Origin: Pseudomonadota bacterium | Lineage (GTDB): Bacteria; Pseudomonadota; Gammaproteobacteria; JAGOUN01 | Direction of reading: 5' to 3' | Assembly (NCBI GenBank): GCA_040389005.1 | Contig: JAZKAS010000032.1 | Coordinates: forward strand, 17,738-49,737 | DNA: 32,000 nt | Shown here: one piece after another, positions 26,750 through 32,000 of the stretch | How positions within the stretch are numbered: the stretch's first letter is position 1 | How the letters are laid out: each line of letters begins with the position of its first letter | Program-made: the position numbers and the translations under genes | The notes under the pieces: generated by a model | The model's database searches: none | What the model saw: only the letters and a program-made list of their open reading frames with translations | What the model was told of the DNA's origin: nothing

Positions 26750-27031
26750 CTAGTAATTTATTGCGCAATATCTAACCGGCATAGCACTAGGCCCTCCCGC
26801 TTCACTTTTAAAGGTGTAGAATTCGACACCTTTAAAATTTGGGTTATGTATTTGCTCCCAAATCCCGAGAAACTCAACTGTATTACGATTACGCATCCAA
26901 TTATAGACAAGATCGTCACCGCCAAATTTATTAGCCATATCTGTTAAGCTAATAAAATCACTGTCATTAACAGAAAGAATGTTGATGACAGCGCCTTGCA
27001 CGCTCATTGTTACGCTTTTATTCTTTGTCAT
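26750..27031 (-). pseudogene. truncated KilA-N domain gene (N-terminal ~90 aa only)
   Basis: INILSVNDSDFISLTDMANKFGGDDLVYNWMRNRNTVEFLGIWEQIHNPNFKGVEFYTFKSEAG matches the KilA-N domain protein family. Full-length members are roughly three times longer (from memory), and this ORF stops shortly after the domain core. Confidence 0.6.
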
Positions 27032-27041
27032 AAAATCCTCG

Positions 27042-27575
27042 CTAGTTTAACTGGCCGGCCATTCTATCTGTATCACCCTCAATAATCGTATAAAGCAATT
27101 GATACGCCACACGCCAGCGTCCGCCCTGTGCCGTAATGAGCGACACTGTTTTTTGGTTTAAACCTTGAACCCGCCCCACCACCGTTTCGCCATTGCGACT
27201 ATTAGTAAAGCCGACCCATTGCCCAACGCTGAGTTCGTTTTTATGCAAACCTTTTTTTTCTGGATTTCTAAAATCAAATTCACGGCTATCTAATTTTAAT
27301 AAATGATAGGGAATTTGCCACTGCTTCATATCGCACGCATTTTGTACCAGGACATTTTTTTGATTTTTCTTTAGTAAACGCGCACGAATAAATTGTTGCG
27401 TTTTCGCTTCAAAATATTCAACGTAGCTGCCTTCTTTTAATTTTTCTTTGACTGCAAAAATACGTTGTGGATTTTCAAGTTCATTTTGAATCGCATGCGA
27501 GACGCGAAAAATTTCAAATAAACTGGCATGTTTCAAAAAGGCAACTAATTGATCATACTCAACCACTTCACTCAT
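27042..27575 (-). CDS. hypothetical protein (177 aa)
   Basis: Clean ORF with no recognised family. Confidence 0.55.
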   Translation of the reverse strand: MSEVVEYDQLVAFLKHASLFEIFRVSHAIQNELENPQRIFAVKEKLKEGSYVEYFEAKTQQFIRARLLKKNQKNVLVQNACDMKQWQIPYHLLKLDSREFDFRNPEKKGLHKNELSVGQWVGFTNSRNGETVVGRVQGLNQKTVSLITAQGGRWRVAYQLLYTIIEGDTDRMAGQLN

Positions 27576-27657
27576 TAAACACCCCTTTCGCCAGCCAAAA
27601 ACGGCATTGTATTGACTTTAAGAGCTTTAGTGAAGAAACTTAAGCAAGTGAATTTGA

Positions 27658-29568
27658 ATGGAATCTCTCATGAATCGTTATCCTGCTAGCCAATATCACC
27701 GCAAAACTGCCCCAGAAAATAAAACTGAGTTTGATCTACTTTATGCACAATCAATTGAAGATCCGAAAGGGTTTTGGTCAGAACAAGCAGAAAAACTTGC
27801 TTGGTTTCGACCTTGGGATAGCGTGTTTGCAGGATCGTTTGAAACGGGTGATGTCACGTGGTTTCAAGGCGGCAAGCTCAATGTTTGTTTTAATTGTGTT
27901 GATCGACATTTAGAAAAACATGGCGATGAGATTGCATTTATGTGTGAAGACAATGAACCCACAGAATCGACGCAACTGACTTATCACGAACTCTATTTAG
28001 CGGTTTGCCAATTAGCGAATGCGTTAAAATCACGTGGCGTGAATAAAGGCGATCGCGTTTGTATTTATATGCCAATGATTGCAGAAAGCGTGATTGCGAT
28101 GTTGGCCTGCGCGCGAATTGGCGCGGTACATTCGGTAGTATTTGGTGGATTTTCTGCAGAAGCTTTAGCCAATCGAATTAATGATGCTGATTGTCGTTGC
28201 ATTATAACGGCAGAAGAAGCCATGCGCGGTGAAAAAAAGATTTTATTAAAAGCCAATGTTGATGAAGCGTTAAAACAGTGCCCAAAAGTTCACACGGTTT
28301 TAATTGTCAGACAAACAGAAAAAGGATTTCAATCGTGGAATGAAGACCGTGATTTTGATTATCATGCGTTTATTGCAGAACAATCAACACTTTGTCCATG
28401 CGAAGAAATGGACGCTGAAGATCCACTTTTTATTTTATATACTTCAGGCTCAACCGGAAAACCCAAAGGTATTTTACATACCACCGCGGGCTATTTGCTT
28501 TATTCAATGGTAACGTTTCAAACGGTATTTGATTATGTGCCGGGAGAAGTTTATTGGTGCACGGCGGATATCGGCTGGATCACCGGCCATTCCTATGTGG
28601 TTTATGGGCCATTAGCAAATCGCGCGACGAGTATTATTTTTGCAGGCGTTCCCAATTACCCTGATGCTTCACGCTATTGGCAAATAATCGATAAATATCA
28701 AGTTAATATTTTTTATACCGCGCCAACTGCTTTACGCTCGTTAATGGCCGCAGGCGATGAATTTTTACAAACGACGTGGCGAACAAGTTTGAGATGCTTG
28801 GGCAGCGTCGGCGAACCTATCAACCCTGAAGTGTGGGAATGGTACTTTCACAAAGTTGGAAAAGCAAAATGCCCGATCATGGATACCTGGTGGCAAACTG
28901 AAACCGGTGGATTTTTAATTACCCCGATTGCCGGCATTACTGATTTAAAACCCGGATCTGCGTCTCTGCCCTTTTATGGCATTCAACCCAAAATTATTGA
29001 AGGCGAACTTTATATTCAAGCCTCTTGGCCAGGACAAATGCGTGATATTTATAATGATCACGCGCGATTTATTTCAAATTATTTTTCTCAAGCAAAAAAT
29101 AATTATTGCACCGGCGATGGCGCGCATCTCGATGAAGATGGCTATTACTGGATTACGGGTCGCACGGATGATGTGATTAAAGTCTCGGGACATCGCATTG
29201 GTTCTGCGGAAGTGGAAAGCGCGCTCGTTGATGATCATCGTGTCGCTGAAGCCGCGGTTGTTGCCATTCCTCACGCTATTAAAGGCGAAAGTATTTATGC
29301 GTTTATCACATTAAAACAAAATCAAACAGAATCTGAAAATTTAAGCCACGAACTTAAAGAACACGTCAAACAAACCATTGGTTCATTCGCAGTTCCTGAA
29401 TTTATTCAATTCGCCAAAGATTTACCAAAGACACGCTCAGGAAAAATCATGCGGCGCTTGTTGCGAAAAATCGCGCAAGGCGACCTTAATAACCTGGGCG
29501 ATATTTCGACGTTGGCAGATTCAGAAGTGGTAAAAAATATTATTTCTAACTTTGCCAAGCGGACATAA
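27658..29568 (+). CDS. acs: acetyl-CoA synthetase (acetate--CoA ligase)
   Basis: Contains FWSEQAEKLAWFRPWD, the AMP-binding motif YTSGSTGKPKG and WWQTETGG, with RSGKIMRRLLRKIA at the C-terminus. Confidence 0.93.
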   Translation: MESLMNRYPASQYHRKTAPENKTEFDLLYAQSIEDPKGFWSEQAEKLAWFRPWDSVFAGSFETGDVTWFQGGKLNVCFNCVDRHLEKHGDEIAFMCEDNEPTESTQLTYHELYLAVCQLANALKSRGVNKGDRVCIYMPMIAESVIAMLACARIGAVHSVVFGGFSAEALANRINDADCRCIITAEEAMRGEKKILLKANVDEALKQCPKVHTVLIVRQTEKGFQSWNEDRDFDYHAFIAEQSTLCPCEEMDAEDPLFILYTSGSTGKPKGILHTTAGYLLYSMVTFQTVFDYVPGEVYWCTADIGWITGHSYVVYGPLANRATSIIFAGVPNYPDASRYWQIIDKYQVNIFYTAPTALRSLMAAGDEFLQTTWRTSLRCLGSVGEPINPEVWEWYFHKVGKAKCPIMDTWWQTETGGFLITPIAGITDLKPGSASLPFYGIQPKIIEGELYIQASWPGQMRDIYNDHARFISNYFSQAKNNYCTGDGAHLDEDGYYWITGRTDDVIKVSGHRIGSAEVESALVDDHRVAEAAVVAIPHAIKGESIYAFITLKQNQTESENLSHELKEHVKQTIGSFAVPEFIQFAKDLPKTRSGKIMRRLLRKIAQGDLNNLGDISTLADSEVVKNIISNFAKRT

Positions 29569-29977
29569 AAGTATTGGACGCACGCTGCTTATCAATGCTT
29601 TGAATGCTTTTATACGCTTCCTGAGCTTTAAAAAAATAGGATAAACTAGAAAAAAGGGGGTCCTCATTAGAAAAATATGCCTGCGGTTCATTATCACTTC
29701 TTAACAATCTCTGGCCGGTAGTATCTAAGCCAGACTCTAGATTATTAGAGCCCTCAAACACATCATCGAAATCAAGCAATAGCTCTGCTTTTCCTTCCAA
29801 AGAGGCATTGACCTGGCGAAGTTCTTCATTCAAAGTTCTTAAATCTGCACAACTAGACCGCGAACTCTTATATAAATACTCCTCCTCTAACGGAGAAAGA
29901 TCTATATTATCCAGGCTTTCTATATCAAAAAGCCCTTCATAAGATATTCTTTCATTATTACCTGACATACATAACAC
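29546..29977 (-). CDS. hypothetical acidic protein (143 aa)
   Basis: ORF converging on acs and overlapping its 3' end by 23 bp. No family recognised. Confidence 0.4.
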   Translation of the reverse strand: MLCMSGNNERISYEGLFDIESLDNIDLSPLEEEYLYKSSRSSCADLRTLNEELRQVNASLEGKAELLLDFDDVFEGSNNLESGLDTTGQRLLRSDNEPQAYFSNEDPLFSSLSYFFKAQEAYKSIQSIDKQRASNTFMSAWQS

Positions 29978-30029
29978 CTATTCTATTTTTATTTAATAGG
30001 AAATATAGTAAAAAATATCAGTTTTGCAA

Positions 30030-31403
30030 TTATTTATTTGTGGTTATTTTACGAAATCGATATAGCAACCAACCCAAACCAATAAATAATACTGGCCCTA
30101 AAACAAGCTCGGATTCATAAAACACAATATCGTGCATTGTTTTTAAGTCGCTGCTAGGTACAAAACTAACGATAATCCCTAACGCAATGGAAATGAGAAC
30201 ACCACTCGCCATGAAAACACCTAACGTTTTATTCATCTTCAAATGATGTAAAGAAAAAATGTAGGCTATGGCTAAATAAAAATACGGAATGAAGAATAAA
30301 ATCGTCGACATCAAAACCAACACTTGATACATCGCATTAATATTGGGCAACAAGCTTGTCACCATAATTACTATTGAAACCAGCACTCCTTGAAACAAGA
30401 TCGCATTAATAGGAGTTCCATCAGCATTTGATTTATGCATCCAATTTGGCAAAACGCCGCGTGGCGTACATTCAAAAAACATAATAATCGGTGCGAGCAA
30501 CCATACAATAATAGCAGCCAATTCAGCAACAGCTAATGCTGACGCAATGAGTCGACTCAACCAAGCCACATGAAACTTCACATCAACAATTTGAAATGCT
30601 TGAATAATTCCTGAAGTTTTGGAAAGCGTTTCCGGCGTTGCAAACACATTCATCATTAAAGTGCCGACGACGTATAAAACAAAAATTCCGGCTGAACCTC
30701 CAAGTAACCCTAAATATAAATCACGACGTGGATTTTTTACCCGATTCGAAAAGGTTGCAATGACTTCAACACCCGCCATGGCAAACATGATCATGGTCAG
30801 GGATGGCAAATTACTCGTCACGCCACCACCTGGAATAAATTGACTTGGACTAAAATCAGTTGCACTGCCCCATTTAAAATAGGCAATCACCCCAAATATT
30901 ATTAACAAAAGCATCGGGAAAAATAACCCTAATATTCCGCCAATGCCGACAAAATATTTACTGGCTTTTAAACCAAATGAACTAATCGCAACGATCAACC
31001 AAAAGCCAATTAACGCTGTCGTCATGATATATTTCGGATCCGTCGCAAGCTCAGGCCGCCCGATGGCAAACGCAAGATTACTCGCTAAAAAAATTAATAT
31101 CGCAGGATAATAAAAAATATTTGTCACCCAATATAACCACGCCACGGTAAACCCATGTTTATCACCTAAGGCATTACGCACCCAGGCATACATTCCGCCT
31201 GCATCGGGATACGCACGCGATAATTGCGCTGTAATAATGGATAGCGGTAAAAAGAATATCAACGCACCAAATAACCAAAGAAAAATCGATGAGGGTCCAA
31301 TGCCAGCAGCAACTGCAATCCAACGAATTCCAAAATTCGCTGTCATGGTCATAATAATTACATCGAAAACATTCAGTACTTTATTCGTTTTTGGCGTTAT
31401 CAT
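30030..31403 (-). CDS. APC-superfamily amino acid permease
   Basis: 457 aa with about 12 hydrophobic helices. The N-terminal region FGIRWIAVAAGIGPSS...AQLSRAYPDAGGMYAWV is typical of APC transporters. Confidence 0.8.
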   Translation of the reverse strand: MITPKTNKVLNVFDVIIMTMTANFGIRWIAVAAGIGPSSIFLWLFGALIFFLPLSIITAQLSRAYPDAGGMYAWVRNALGDKHGFTVAWLYWVTNIFYYPAILIFLASNLAFAIGRPELATDPKYIMTTALIGFWLIVAISSFGLKASKYFVGIGGILGLFFPMLLLIIFGVIAYFKWGSATDFSPSQFIPGGGVTSNLPSLTMIMFAMAGVEVIATFSNRVKNPRRDLYLGLLGGSAGIFVLYVVGTLMMNVFATPETLSKTSGIIQAFQIVDVKFHVAWLSRLIASALAVAELAAIIVWLLAPIIMFFECTPRGVLPNWMHKSNADGTPINAILFQGVLVSIVIMVTSLLPNINAMYQVLVLMSTILFFIPYFYLAIAYIFSLHHLKMNKTLGVFMASGVLISIALGIIVSFVPSSDLKTMHDIVFYESELVLGPVLFIGLGWLLYRFRKITTNK

Positions 31404-32000
31404 CTTTTTCCATTCCTAAATCAACGGGGGTTTTGCTCTTACGATGCGGTGCTTCATAAACCAGCTTTGGCACCAAATAACCTGGCAAAGTCGCGATCAT
31501 ATCACGCATCAATTGAACAGCGATAGGTTTGTCAATATCAAAATGCGCAGCGCCAGAGACTTTATCCAATAAATGCAAATAATAAGGCAGAATACCGATA
31601 TCATATAAACGATAACTCAACTCCACTTGGGCGGATAAACTATCATTCACGTCTTTTAATAAAACGGCTTGGTTAAGTAATGTCACACCCGCTTCCTTGA
31701 GTTGCTGCATTGGTAATTCAAGTGAAGCATCCCATTCATTGGCATGATTACTGTGCAATACCATTGTTATACGAAAACGACTTGTTTTTAAAATTTTTAA
31801 TAAATTTTCTGTCACACGCGCAGGAATCACCACGGGCAATCGCGTATGAATTCGCAAATATTTTATTGACGAAATATTTTCTAAGCGTTGCATAAAATTT
31901 TCTAGTAGCGAATCATCCACCGAAAGAGGATCACCGCCACTTAAAATCACCTCTTTGACTTCAGGATGATTCATTAAATATTCGAAAACAGGCTCCCAAC
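31381..32000 (-). CDS. epmB: EF-P beta-lysylation protein EpmB (lysine 2,3-aminomutase family); C-terminal part, gene continues past the window
   Basis: VILSGGDPL...LRIHTRLPVVIPARV...GVTLLNQAVLLKDVND...LPYYLHLLDKVSGAAHF...GYLVPKLV aligns closely, from memory, with the E. coli EpmB C-terminal two-thirds. The frame stays open to position 32000. Confidence 0.85.
   Translation of the reverse strand, partial: WEPVFEYLMNHPEVKEVILSGGDPLSVDDSLLENFMQRLENISSIKYLRIHTRLPVVIPARVTENLLKILKTSRFRITMVLHSNHANEWDASLELPMQQLKEAGVTLLNQAVLLKDVNDSLSAQVELSYRLYDIGILPYYLHLLDKVSGAAHFDIDKPIAVQLMRDMIATLPGYLVPKLVYEAPHRKSKTPVDLGMEKDDNAKNE

Overview
AT-rich gammaproteobacterial chromosomal window. The taxon cannot be determined from sequence alone. 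The many orphan, repeat-rich ORFs are reminiscent of intracellular or amoeba-associated Legionellales-type genomes, but that is inference. The right third (20.0-32.0 kb) is mostly housekeeping: tmRNA (ssrA), a yciV/trpH-like PHP phosphoesterase, yciB, a bolA-family gene, aroC, prmB, smrB, udk, tRNA-Asn, acs, an APC permease and epmB. It is interrupted after tRNA-Asn by a small accessory islet (an orphan 359-aa gene plus a truncated KilA-N gene). The centre (about 9.2-20.0 kb) is an integrative island directly 3' of tmRNA. It carries a P4-family integrase, iteron-like repeats, AlpA, an orphan, a PriCT-2/Toprim/P-loop primase-helicase, a DUF5681-like gene and a divergently transcribed cargo locus. 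One arm of the cargo is a 985-aa protein with an Mrr-like nuclease, an SF2 DEAH helicase and five exact 198-bp (66-aa) WGDWLG repeats. The other arm is an XRE regulator, a DUF3800-like protein and a Cys-cluster/two-TM protein. This cargo locus is my best candidate for an undescribed, defence-type system. The left part (1-9.2 kb) holds orphan genes, a hairpin-TM protein, an ISAs1-type transposase remnant, an outer-membrane beta-barrel protein and a HEAT-repeat protein. A 20-bp C-rich motif (ATGCCCCCnAnnTTGCCnCC) occurs three times in direct orientation (3440, 9178, 19931) and may mark att-type junctions of tandemly accreted islands. All functional calls rest on motif recognition by eye; no database search or structure prediction was possible.
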